Under the pieces are notes generated by a model. It was not told where the DNA came from. It worked only from the letters and a program-made list of their open reading frames with translations, and did no database searches. 64,000 bases of DNA from Hypanus sabinus (Eukaryota), in assembly GCF_030144855.1 (NCBI RefSeq), contig NC_082717.1, positions 4,030,001 to 4,094,000 of the forward strand. The letters are read 5' to 3'. Position numbers and translations under genes: made by a program. Positions 55,501 through 64,000 of this stretch are shown one piece after another; positions within the stretch are counted from its first letter, which is position 1, and the number at the start of each line of letters is the position of its first letter.

Positions 55501-58500
55501 GACAGAGTTTAAGAGACGCGATGTAATGATGCAGCTCTATAGAACTCTAGTTAGGCCACACTTGGAGTACTGTGTCCAGTTCTGGTCGCCTCAATTTAGG
55601 AAGGACGTGGAAGCATTGGAAAGGGTACAGAGGAGATTTACCAGGATATTGCCTGGTTTAGAGAGTGTGGATTATGATCAGAGATTAAGGGAGCTAGGGC
55701 TTTACTCTTTGGAGAGAAGGAGGATGAGAGGAGACATGATAGAGGTGTACAAGATATTAAGAGGAATAGACAGAGTGGACAGCCAGCGCCTCTTCCCCAG
55801 GGCACCACTGCTCAGTACAAGAGGACATGGTTTTGCGATAAGGGGAGGGAAGTTCAAGGGGGATATTAAAGGAAGGTTTTTCAATCAGAGAGTGGTTGGT
55901 GCGTGGAATGTACTGCCTGAGTCAGTGGTGGAGGCAGGTACACTAGTGAAGTTTAAGAGACTACTAGACAGGTATACAGAGGAGTTTAAGGTGGGTGTTA
56001 TATGGGAGGCAGGGCCTGACGGTCAGCACAACATTGTGGGCCGAAGCGCCTGTAATGTGCTGTACTATTCTACGAGGCTGCTTAACAAGACGGCATTACA
56101 AGAAAGATAGTGGCATGGTTATGAGAATGGCGGGCAGGCAGGAGACAGCAAGTAGGGACTTTGCTGGTTGGCTGCTGGTGACTAGTGGTGTTTCTCAAGG
56201 GTCAGTGTTGGAACCGCTATTTTCACATTGTTTGTCAATGACAGATAACAGAATTGATGGCTTTGTGGCAAAGTTTGCAGATGATATGAAGGTAGGTGGA
56301 GGGGTAGGTAGTGCTGAGGAAGCAATGCAACTGCAGAAGGACTTAGACAAATTGGAAGAATGGGCAAAAAAGTGGCAGATGGAATACAGTGTTGGAAAAT
56401 GTATGATAATGCGTTTTGGTAAAAGGAACAATAGTGTGGACTATTATCTGAATGGGGAGAAGGTTCAAACATCAGAGACGCAGAGGGACTTGGGAGTCGT
56501 TGTGCAAGACTCCCAGAAGGTTAATTTACAGGTTGAGTCTGTGGTAAAGAAGGCAAATGCAATGTTGGCATTTATTTCAAGGGGAATAGAATATAAAGCA
56601 AGGAGATAATGCTGAACCTTTATAAGACACTAGTCAGGCTGCACTTGGAGCATTGTCAACAGTTTTGGGCCCCATATCTCAGAAAGGATGTGTTGTCATT
56701 GGGGAGTGTCCAGAGGAGGTTCAGGAATTCCCAATGGCTTAATTCAGTTCTTATGTCTTATGGCCTTTTGGTATTGGAAGGAGGCAGTAAATAAAATCAC
56801 ACAGTTCTGGAAGTAAGTTTTGTTTATAAAAAATGCAATATATACAAAATATTTACATGAGTAAGAACAGTTCAAGGTTCCAACATACTGCTTAGGTTCC
56901 AAATCACAGATTATTAAACTAAAACTAAAGGACATTTTCATTTCATTTTAAAATCTTTTTATTAATTATTATTGATGATTGACAAAAAAGATACATTAAG
57001 TCAATATGTCATTCTGTGCAATAAGGAATTAAATTAGGAAATAACTGATTAACAAAGCTAAGCAATGTATCAATAATAATAAAGAAGTAAAGTGTTCAGA
57101 ATATTTTTGAAAGAAAAAGAAGGAAAATAAGAATCCCTACTAACTAAAGAAAACCTCTACTAACTTAAAAAAAAGCAAAAAAAACCCCTGTCGGGAGCAG
57201 AACCCTGGAGCTATACATCATACAAGCTTCCATAAAAAAAACATCAATCCACCAACTCAAATCCACTTAAAGAAAAATCGGAAGGAAATCATACTAATTA
57301 ACTCAAATCAGGTGATAGTAGCCGGCAAATGAATCTTACCTTTTCTCAAAATCAAATCGAGGAAGAAAAGTTCTACTTCTAATCTTCTCCAAACTAAGAC
57401 ATAACATCACTTTGGAAAACCATTGAATCAAAGTAGGAGCAGTGGTATCTTCCCATTTCAACAAAATAGCCCTTCTGGCCAATACTATAATGAATGCAAT
57501 TACATGTTGGTCTGATGAAGAAATAGCAATAATATATTGAGGGATTATACCGAATAGAACTGTCAATTTATTAGGTTGTAAATTAATTTTTAAAGCTTTA
57601 GAAATATTAAAGAAAATAAACTTCCAAAAATGCTTCAATATAGAACACAGCTAAATCATATGTATCAATGTGGCTGTCTTGGTTTTACATCTGTCACACT
57701 GACTATCAACATTGGGAAACATTTTAGACAGTCTCTCCTTTGTCAAATAGTAATGATGTACAATTTTAAATTGAATTAAAGAGTGATTGGCACAAATTGA
57801 AGAAGAATTTACCAACTTCAAAATCCACAACCAATCTTTTGCTATCAAAGTCATGTTAAGCTCTCTCTCCCAATCTTGCTTAATCTTAAGTGAAGGGTAA
57901 TTGAGTTGCTGTAACAATAAATTATAAATTTTCCCAATAAAACCCTTCACTAAAGGATTCATTTTAAAAATAATACCTAACAGGTCAGAATCTTGTATAT
58001 ATGGAAAATTGCTTAAGTAGTTTTGTAAGAAGTGTCTGACCTGAAGATATTGCAAGAAATGTGAATTTGAGAGAGACTATTTAGTTACTAATTTCTCCAA
58101 AGACATCAGTCGGCCATCTTGGAACAAATCTGTGAATAAACCCCTTTATTCCTCCAAAAAAGAAAAGTAGGAACACTTAATGAAGGTTTAATTAAATAAT
58201 TTTGATAAATTAAACTAAAAAGTTTAAATTTTTTTAAGATTAAAAAAATTATGAAACTGGAACCAAATTTGTAATGACTGCTTAATCACAGGATATAAAT
58301 TTAAATTAGTAATTTTGGCCAGTTGTACAGGCAAAGAAGCTCCTAATAATGAGGTTAAATGAAACTGTTTCATAGCATTCAATTCCAAATCAGCCCAAGG
58401 TGGTCGTTCATCTCTATCAGCCCAATATAACCAAAAGCACATATAACGTATATTAACAGCCCAATAATACATTCTTAAGTTAGGCAAAACAAGACCTCCA

Positions 58501-61500
58501 TCTTTTTTTCAATTTTTGTAAATGATATTTAGCAATTCTTGGTCTTTCATTATTCCAAACAAAAGATGAAATAATAGAGTCAACCTGATCGTAGAACTTC
58601 TTAGTTAAAGAAATAGGGATAATTTGAAATACATATAAAAACATTTGGTAAAATCATCATTTTAACTGCATGATTTTGACCGACTAATGAAAGTGTAAAT
58701 GGTTTCCATCTACAAAATAATTGCTTCATAAAATCCACTAAAGGAACCAAATTACCTTTATAAAGATCTTTATAATTTTTAGTGATAATAATACCTAAAT
58801 ATTTAAATGAGTCCGTAACTCTAAAAGAAATGTTGTTATATATAGAAGCAGATTCATTTAGTGGAAATAGTTCACTTTTATAAAGGTTTAGTTTATATCC
58901 TGAAAACTTTCCAAAATTAATTAATAGTTTCAATAAACTAGGAATGGATTCTTTAGGATTCGAAATATAATGTAAAAGATCATCAGCATAAAGAGAGATC
59001 TTATGAACAGTCCCATTTATAGAAATTCCATGTATATCTTTATGAAGTGCAATAGCCAAGGGTTCCAACACCAAATTAAATAACAAAGGAGTTAACGGAC
59101 ATCCTTGTCTTGTATCCTGTAAAAGCCAAAAAAAGGAGATCTGCAATTGTTAGTAAAAACAGTAACAATAGGGCTTTTAAAATGAATGCCTTTTTACAAA
59201 AGATTGATTTTCCTCAAACTTCTGCTGAAGATCAACAAACACTTGATGCTCCTATTGCTGAAAGCGAAATTCAGAAAGCTGTTTTTTCAATGCAATCTGA
59301 AAAGCTCCTGGACTGGATGGTTATTCTGTAGGATTTTATACAAAAATTGAAAAATTGGTCTCTTCATATCTGCTGGAAATGCTTAAAGATTCTTTTTTGA
59401 TAGAAGAGTTACCTACATTTTATAAAGCTTCTATTTCTTTAATTCTTAAGAAAGATAAAGATTCTACTGACTGTGCTTCATATTTCATTATTAAATGTTA
59501 ATATTAAATATCAAAATATTTAATATTAAACTATTTCATTATTAAATGTAGATGCTAAAATTCTCTCAAAAATAATGGCTGGAAAATGTTTTAGTTAAAT
59601 TATTTCTCAAGATCAAACAGGTTTTGTAAAGGGCTGTTATTCCTTTTCTAATGTTCGGAGATTGTTAAATGTTATATATTCATCCTCCTCTAAGGCTCCC
59701 CAATATGTCGTTTCTTTTGATGCTGAAAAGGCATTTGATGGAGTTGAATGGAAATACTTATTTAATGTTTTAGAGAAATTTGTCTTTGGTAATAATTTTA
59801 ATAAGTGGATTAGAATGATATATAAAAACTAAATTCCTTTTTAGTTAGAATCAGTGAGATCCATTAGAATGACTTTTATTACTCCAATTTTTTTAAACTA
59901 ATAGATTCTAGAGTGGAGGGTTATGGGCTGAGTGCAGGTAGGTGGGACTAGGTGAGATTAAGAGTTCGGCACGGACTAGGAGGGCCGAGATGGCCTGTTT
60001 CCGTGCTGTGATTGTTATATGGTTATATGGTTATAGTGCTATTCCCTATTTGAAGATTTACAGATTGACCTTTCCTTTTTATTTATATCTGGTTAGGAAA
60101 TTTTTAAGTGTTATGGTTAACTTCAATTTCAGTTCCAGTCAGTATGCCTACAAATTCAAATTCAAAAATTAGATATCTATATAGCTTTACTCCTTTCATG
60201 ACAATTCTCCAAAATCAGAACATTTAAACAAAGTAAATCTCATTCACTAATTCATCAGATTCTATGCAAAAATAATCAGCTCTTGCAAAAACACAAATTC
60301 AGATCCTTCAAATGAAAATAAACACTCATCCAACTATATTAAATCCCCTACATCATTAAACATTTTGTTCCCTGGCTGGTTCTTTGACCTTGGGTGGCTC
60401 GTCATCTTGTTTCTTAGATCACTGGATAAATCATCCATGGAAAGTCGATTCACAAACAAATCCTTTGGTATGATTTAACAGAACTAACTCCCAGTTACAT
60501 GGTAGAGATCTTGGACACGCATCTCTGCCGATATTGCCTTGTTATAGCTGCTGTTTGTTACAGCTGTAGTTTCAATAAATCTTTTATCGCTATTGTCTCT
60601 CCCCCAGGCATTTCACCCTGAGGTTTTCAGGTAAGTAGGGTAGAGATACTCACTAGTAATTCCTCTTTTAATAGTTTATATCTTTAGTTTCTAATGGTTT
60701 GCTGTGTTTCTCTCACTTGTCCACGCCTGTGTCTGCCGTTCTCACATAGCTTATTTTTCAACAAGTTCTCTTTTTTTAAAAAATAATTGGTAAACCTTGT
60801 TTTCATCCCTCCACAGGTAGAGCTTTCTAACATTACATCTTTGTGTTTAATTATCCTGGGTTACTGATTGGTTGAGGAGTCAAGTACATTGTTGGTCTCA
60901 TCACAAAAGGTTTTAAGTTCAGAAGCAAGGATGTCTTGCAACAACTGTATCTGGCCATTTTTGTTTTCCAACCCACAGATATAATTACTGAAATCCGAGA
61001 AGGCAGGGTGAAAAAAATAAACTGCATCTACAGTTTGCAGAACTTTTCTCTGTTATTATCCTGAATTTGAAAGATCCAGTGTTGGTTGATTATGCAAGTC
61101 CAAAGGTTTTTTCCAAAGTATTATTTTACATATGCTAAATTCTGTAAGTTATTAAGAACAATAATGGATGTAGACAGGGTGTTGCTTGTGGCTGAATCCA
61201 AGACCCGAGGACACAGCCTCAGAACAGAGGGACAACCCATTAGAACTGGGATGTGCAGGAGTTTCTTTAGCCAAGGGTGGTGAATCTGTACAATTCATTG
61301 CCACAGATGGCTGTGGAAGCCAAGTCATTGAATATACTTAAACTGGATGTTGATAGATCCTTGATTAGTCAGGCTATGAAAGCTTACGGAGAGAATGCAG
61401 GAGAATGGGACTCAGAGGGAAACGAAATCAACCATGATTGAAAGGCAGAGTAGGCTAGATGGGCTGAATGGCCTAATCCTGCTCCTACACTTTATGATCT

Positions 61501-62726
61501 TATCCAGATTTTTCACCTGTGGTCTGTCATTTCCTGAATACACTTTATAATTTCTACAATTGGCCTTGCTGATCTGTGATGAAAGTTCATCAGCCTGAAA
61601 AGCTGCTTCTCTCTCCACACGCTGCTCTGACTTGTTGAGAATTTTCACATTTTGGTTCTTTTCCTTTCTGCCTCTCTAAATACTTTGTCTGAGTTTCTTC
61701 ACTGTGCCCACATTGCCCCTGACCCATTTTCTTTCTGTAAATTCTTCTGTCATTAGTGTTAGCTCTATTTACACTAATTTTTAAATTTCTTTCACTTCAT
61801 TTCTATTCTTCCATCCATTGCTTCTGCCTGTCTTAATCAGTAATTTTTGTGCGTTTTTATGAGCCACTTCTTTCAGATTTGTGTTGTGAATGCCCAGGTG
61901 CTTCCTATCTTCAGAAAGTTTATCCAATTAAATTGTACAGAATGTCTCAAATCACTTCTGAACCTTGTTCGGCAAAGAGTAAAACTTTGTTTATCATACT
62001 GAATAGGAACTCTAGAAGATTATACTTCAGTGTGAACCAAGAAAAGCCCAACATTCCTCAATGTTTAAACTGGAAACTCAGATTCACATGACTCATAAAA
62101 TCATTCAGCACAGAAACAAGACCTTTGGCTCAACTTGTTCACACAGCAAGCATTTGACCCACAGACCGCTCACCCTCCCCTATCCATGTACTTCTCTAGA
62201 TGGCTTTTACATGTTGTTAATGTGACACCACACCACTACTTCTGTCAGCACAGTCCAAATACGCAACACCCTTTGTGTGAAGAAGCTGCCCCGATGTCCC
62301 ATTTCAATCTCTCGACTCTGATCTTTAACCTGTCCTCTTGTTTTTATCACCCCCTTCCTGGGGAATAGACTATGCTTTCACCCTGTCTATGCGCCTCATG
62401 ATCAAATACCCCTCTATCAGGTCTCTCTCCCCCCAATCTCCTCAATTCCAGGGAATAAAGTCCTAGTGGACACAATCTGTCTTTGTGACACAGACCCCCA
62501 GGTCCAGACAACATCCTGGTGGATCGTTTCTGCACTCTTTCTAGTTCAATAACATCCTTCCTTTCACAGGATGAACAAAACTGTACACAGTACCACTGCC
62601 CACAACCGGTTAATTAAACTTAAAGGTAGATGAAACCAGTCTCAGACTGGGTGACCCCACTCTGGGAATTTACTCACCCACTGCACAGACGGACAGAGTC
62701 AAGGTTGTGATTATTGCTGCAAACAT
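1445..62726 (-). CDS. Spliced gene (8 coding exons, 1434 nt, 477 aa): inhibitory Ig-superfamily receptor, leader-VJ-VJ-VJ-TM-ITSM/ITIM/ITSM
   Basis: Manual exon assembly with all introns GT-AG and phases 1,1,1,1,2,1,0 matching; no stops. Protein: [240 protein letters not shown]. Joining all exons into one transcript is inferred. Confidence 0.8.
2870..3400 (-). mobile_element. Rex1/Babar-like LINE 3' fragment
   Basis: ORFs [34 protein letters not shown] and [19 protein letters not shown] match Rex1-type C-terminal motifs. Confidence 0.7.
3593..3636 (-). CDS. Exon 7, cytoplasmic linker exon
   Basis: Acceptor tcattttatttcag|CT, donor GTG|gtatgt, 44 nt, phase 1-0, exactly bridging exon 6 and the last exon; encodes (A)[14 protein letters not shown]. 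Confidence 0.75.
3660..4900 (+). mobile_element. Degenerate CR1 LINE (RT to 3' end)
   Basis: [27 protein letters not shown] motifs with stops and frameshifts. Confidence 0.85.
5122..6250 (+). mobile_element. 5'-inverted, truncated L1/Tx1-like insertion with 19-bp TSD
   Basis: 5122 to about 5560 on minus ([25 protein letters not shown]); about 5560-6250 on plus (FWRDVF.., 3'UTR, A-rich end). TSD ATGAGAATTTGAA[A/G]ATCTT at 5103-5121 and 6251-6269. Confidence 0.8.
7632..7675 (-). CDS. Exon 6, cytoplasmic exon with TVYATV (ITSM-type) motif
   Basis: Acceptor ttcaccatttccccag|G, donor ACAG|gtaaaa, 44 nt, phase 2-1 matching the TM exon; encodes [14 protein letters not shown]. Confidence 0.8.
8031..8068 (-). 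ncRNA. Degenerate Penelope-type minimal hammerhead motif
   Basis: CAGTC CTGATGA AGA GTCTCAT CCT GAAAT GTC AATGG: core and GUC intact, stem I 3' arm decayed. Confidence 0.45.
8330..8610 (+). mobile_element. tRNA-derived V-SINE/HE1-like SINE (similar copies about 22760-23010 and 2170-2350 on minus)
   Basis: Head with degenerate A/B-box followed by the core tccagtttcctcccacagtccaaagacgt..ggttaattggtcattgt. Confidence 0.6.
8640..8860 (+). mobile_element. Rex1/Babar-like LINE fragment running into the minisatellite
   Basis: Degenerate translation like [17 protein letters not shown], the RT-downstream region of Rex1-type ORFs, immediately before the SIIQDPHHP motif. Confidence 0.55.
8861..10290 (+). 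repeat. 48-bp minisatellite, 30 units (two 45-bp and two 49-bp variants, last unit truncated)
   Basis: Unit GTGAAATCCATCATTCAGGACCCTCACCATCCAGACATCCCCCGGCTT; unit starts counted from 8864 to 10252. Confidence 0.95.
10592..11021 (+). mobile_element. Probable solo LTR (Gypsy-like) interrupting a Rex1-like fragment
   Basis: TG...CA ends, internal AATAAA (about 10938), U5-like end ctgcacttgggttct..cactgtgaca; flanks rejoin as one older repeat. No clean TSD. Confidence 0.4.
11400..13260 (-). mobile_element. Degenerate CR1 LINE pieces (host of the solo LTR)
   Basis: [51 protein letters not shown] motifs. Confidence 0.75.
12370..12810 (+). mobile_element. Solo LTR, 441 bp, 5-bp TSD GTCCA
   Basis: TGTGGAAGAA...TTCTGCAACA (8/10 inverted ends), TSD at 12365-12369 and 12811-12815, internal TATATAA and AATAAA; splits a minus-strand CR1 RT next to its FADDTK motif. 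Confidence 0.85.
13735..15035 (-). mobile_element. CR1 LINE, RT to 3' tail
   Basis: [44 protein letters not shown]; tandem (ACCATAAG)-like tail at about 13730. Confidence 0.88.
15040..15985 (-). mobile_element. RTE-clade LINE fragment
   Basis: [57 protein letters not shown]: RTE/BovB-type RT. Confidence 0.85.
17090..17234 (-). CDS. Exon 5, transmembrane exon
   Basis: Acceptor ctatttttcag|AA, donor GAAGG|gtaaat, 145 nt, phase 1-2. Encodes 26-aa hydrophobic [26 protein letters not shown] followed by KK stop-transfer; no charged residue in the helix. Confidence 0.88.
17680..17990 (-). mobile_element. L2-clade LINE 3' fragment
   Basis: [29 protein letters not shown] resembles the L2 C-terminal HITP.L..LHWLP..RI.FK motif. 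Confidence 0.6.
20977..21014 (+). ncRNA. Degenerate Penelope-type minimal hammerhead motif
   Basis: TGGTC TTGATGA AGG GTTCCAG GCT GAAAC GTC GACTG: perfect 3' half, C3 changed to U. Confidence 0.45.
23435..23779 (-). CDS. Exon 4, V-set Ig domain V3 with germline J-like strand
   Basis: Acceptor tccctttaaag|AT, donor ATTA|gtaagt, 345 nt, phase 1-1. [28 protein letters not shown]. Confidence 0.92.
25040..25310 (-). mobile_element. Penelope-like element, GIY-YIG endonuclease fragment
   Basis: [45 protein letters not shown]. Confidence 0.8.
25960..26307 (-). CDS. Exon 3, V-set Ig domain V2 with germline J-like strand, glycan-rich
   Basis: Acceptor caacacacag|AT (an in-frame alternative AG lies 9 nt downstream), donor ACTG|gtaagt, 348 nt, phase 1-1. 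[28 protein letters not shown]. Confidence 0.92.
26500..28720 (-). mobile_element. CR1 LINE fragments including SGNH/esterase ORF1 remnant (about 28200-28720)
   Basis: [22 protein letters not shown] (ORF1); [16 protein letters not shown] (RT); endonuclease-region remnants near 26600-27050. Confidence 0.75.
28970..29510 (+). mobile_element. R4/Dong-like non-LTR element, restriction-like endonuclease remnant, partly tandem-duplicated
   Basis: [53 protein letters not shown] fits the PD-(D/E)xK RLE tail. Confidence 0.7.
29510..30420 (+). mobile_element. CR1 ORF1 remnant (zinc-finger/coiled-coil plus SGNH esterase)
   Basis: [53 protein letters not shown]. Confidence 0.8.
30425..32050 (-). mobile_element. 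CR1 LINE, RT to 3' tail
   Basis: [47 protein letters not shown]. Confidence 0.88.
32060..37360 (+). mobile_element. Older CR1 ORF2 copy split at [12 protein letters not shown]|KHIDEG by a younger CR1
   Basis: Endonuclease and RT motifs at 32100-33714 resume at 36220 ([18 protein letters not shown]). Confidence 0.8.
33715..36219 (+). mobile_element. Young 5'-truncated CR1 nested in older CR1, 6-bp TSD TCTAAA
   Basis: [10 protein letters not shown] endonuclease through RT to (TTCTATG)-like tail; TSD at 33709-33714 and 36220-36225. Confidence 0.88.
37446..37454 (-). CDS. Candidate 9-nt linker microexon between V1 and V2
   Basis: ttattatttttctcag|CTCAAACTG|gtaaaa in a short non-repeat island; phase 1-1, frame-preserving. 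Confidence 0.35.
37495..38705 (+). mobile_element. CR1 LINE fragment ending about 70 bp from the V1 donor
   Basis: [34 protein letters not shown]. Confidence 0.85.
38777..39118 (-). CDS. Exon 2, V-set Ig domain V1 with germline J-like strand
   Basis: Acceptor tctcccttacag|GT, donor ACCA|gtgagt, 342 nt, phase 1-1. Cys(B), [22 protein letters not shown]. Confidence 0.92.
41804..41840 (+). ncRNA. Degenerate Penelope-type minimal hammerhead motif
   Basis: CAGTC CTGAAGA AGG GTCTCGG ACT GAAAC ATT GACT: core intact, cleavage triplet mutated. Confidence 0.5.
42450..43110 (+). mobile_element. CR1 3' fragment
   Basis: [31 protein letters not shown]. Confidence 0.85.
47040..48940 (+). mobile_element. 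CR1 LINE ORF2 fragment to 3' tail
   Basis: [34 protein letters not shown], tail ttctatgtttctgtg. Confidence 0.88.
51730..52050 (+). mobile_element. Penelope-like element, RT thumb/linker fragment
   Basis: Degenerate [15 protein letters not shown]...[14 protein letters not shown] resembles PLE YxKPTDSHxYL..SSHP..IPFSQ.LRLRRIC. Confidence 0.65.
53378..53474. repeat. 41-bp inverted repeat, 15-nt loop, 1 mismatch
   Basis: CAAACCAGCTGGATGAACTCAGCAGGTCGGGCAGCATCCGT (53378-53418) pairs with 53434-53474. Confidence 0.9.
53985..56070 (+). mobile_element. Young 5'-truncated CR1, close sibling of the 33715-36219 copy
   Basis: Long stretches are near-identical to about 34120-36215 (e.g. gcagggaaatg.actatggacatgtggtcaatg); FADD intact in ORF 55133-56110. 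Confidence 0.9.
56940..59830 (-). mobile_element. 5'-inverted L1/Tx1-like ORF2 remnant
   Basis: Body on minus from 59173 to 56940 ([36 protein letters not shown]); upstream RT part on plus at about 59174-59830 (PI..SEIQKAV.SMQ, DAEKAFD.VEW, WIRMIYK). Confidence 0.8.
62678..62726 (-). CDS. Exon 1, signal peptide ([17 protein letters not shown])
   Basis: ATG at 62726; 49 nt hydrophobic leader ending GTG G|gtgagt (strong phase-1 donor), typical Ig-superfamily leader exon. Confidence 0.8.
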
Positions 62727-62809
62727 TTCTCCTCGCTTGTTTTTCAAAAACAAAAATTCTGCTCATTCGAATCTGATGGACCCCATTGCTATTTCACAAG
62801 TGACTGGTT

Positions 62810-62895
62810 CCCCTTTGACTTCCCCACATACTTAATTCAACACAAAAGGCACAGGGTGTGAAGAGGAAGTGATGAGGGAAAGTGGGAAGTCCTGT
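62810..62895 (-). promoter_or_regulatory. Putative proximal promoter with ETS/PU.1-like and NF-kB-like sites
   Basis: 85-170 bp upstream of the ATG: GAAGAGGAAGTGA (62860-62872, PU.1-type), GGGAAGTCC (62885-62893) and GACTTCCCC; no clear TATA box seen. Confidence 0.45.
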
Positions 62896-64000
62896 AAAAA
62901 TTGCTCAAAAAATACCCGCAAACTGCAGAGTATCTGAATATTTTCATCCACATTTACATGTCTGTCACTGAAACTCACTCCTGACGCCCACACACCATTA
63001 TCAGATTGAAATGTGAGAAACAAGCCAGGTACACTGTTTCCCCTTCCTGTCAGTAGGGCTGCTCGTGGTGAGGCTACAAACACCGGCCCAACACCAGGCA
63101 AAACAGACATTCAGCTGTATGACAGTGTGACACTTACTGTACCATTTAAAGTTCAAAGCAAATTTATCATCAAAGTCTATGAATGTCTGGTGCACCTTCC
63201 CTCCGCTAGCCTGCAGGTCGCCCTTGGGGAAGGTGTAGCACCTGCTCAGCCCCTGAACAGGGTCGTGTGAAGCCATGGGAGCAGGTGGTGTATGGTTGTT
63301 TGAGCAGACAGTGTATATCACAAGTTCTGGTTATGTGACCTCTGGCACCAGGCAGACAATCTCTGAAGAGTATTGATAATGGCTGGGGTCACCCGTCTTG
63401 TAAAGACTCTGCCCAGAAGAAGGCAATGGCAAACGACTTCTGTGGAAAACTTTGCCCAGAACAAAAATGGTTAAAAGACCATGATTGTCCATGTCACATG
63501 ACATGGCACGTAACAATTGGACAGTTGATACATCACCATGAATTGCATTTTCTGCCTTTTTGTAAGTGGAAAGAAATACAATAAAGTCAATAACAGCTGC
63601 ACATGACAGAGGCATGGAACATAAAGCGGTACAGCACAGGAACAGGCCCTTTGCCCACAATGTTGTGCCAAGTCAGTGAAATTAGTTTCCAAATGAACTG
63701 CTAAACTTAGCTCTTTTACCTACACAATGCCCAGAAGCAGCAAAGTTGTATAAGACATCGTGAGGTTTAATTTGGAGTGTTGTGTGGAGTTTTGTTCCCC
63801 TACCTACAGGAAAGATGTAAACAAGGTTAAAAGATGGTCTGGTGGACCTGAGTTATAAGGAAAGATTGAATTTTCTAGGGAATAAATGTCCTAACCTATT
63901 CAACCTATTCTCATAAGGCATTCTCCCCAATCCAGGCAACATTCTTGTCAATCTCCTCTGCACCCTTTCTATGGCTTCCACATCCTTCCTGTAGTGAGGT

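Overview
Eukaryotic, repeat-dense DNA. The repeat content (CR1 with esterase ORF1, Rex1/Babar, L1/Tx1, RTE, L2, Penelope, V-SINE-like) suggests a cartilaginous fish, probably a ray; this is inference. Nearly the whole window is one minus-strand gene that the ORF track does not show as a unit. Eight exons were assembled by hand, all with GT-AG junctions and compatible phases: leader 62726-62678, V1 39118-38777, V2 26307-25960, V3 23779-23435, TM 17234-17090, cyt1 7675-7632, cyt2 3636-3593, cyt3 1561-1445. They give a stop-free 477-aa type I receptor with three tandem, non-rearranging, antigen-receptor-like V domains. Each V carries a germline-fused J-like GxGTxLxV strand. The TM is uncharged and the tail has ITSM-ITIM-ITSM motifs. 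The introns contain nested LINEs, two 5'-inverted (twin-primed-like) L1 copies, a solo LTR with TSD, a 30-unit 48-bp minisatellite expanded from a Rex1-like ORF, and at least 7 decayed Penelope-type minimal hammerhead motifs. Exon coordinates were read base by base; most TE boundaries are approximate.
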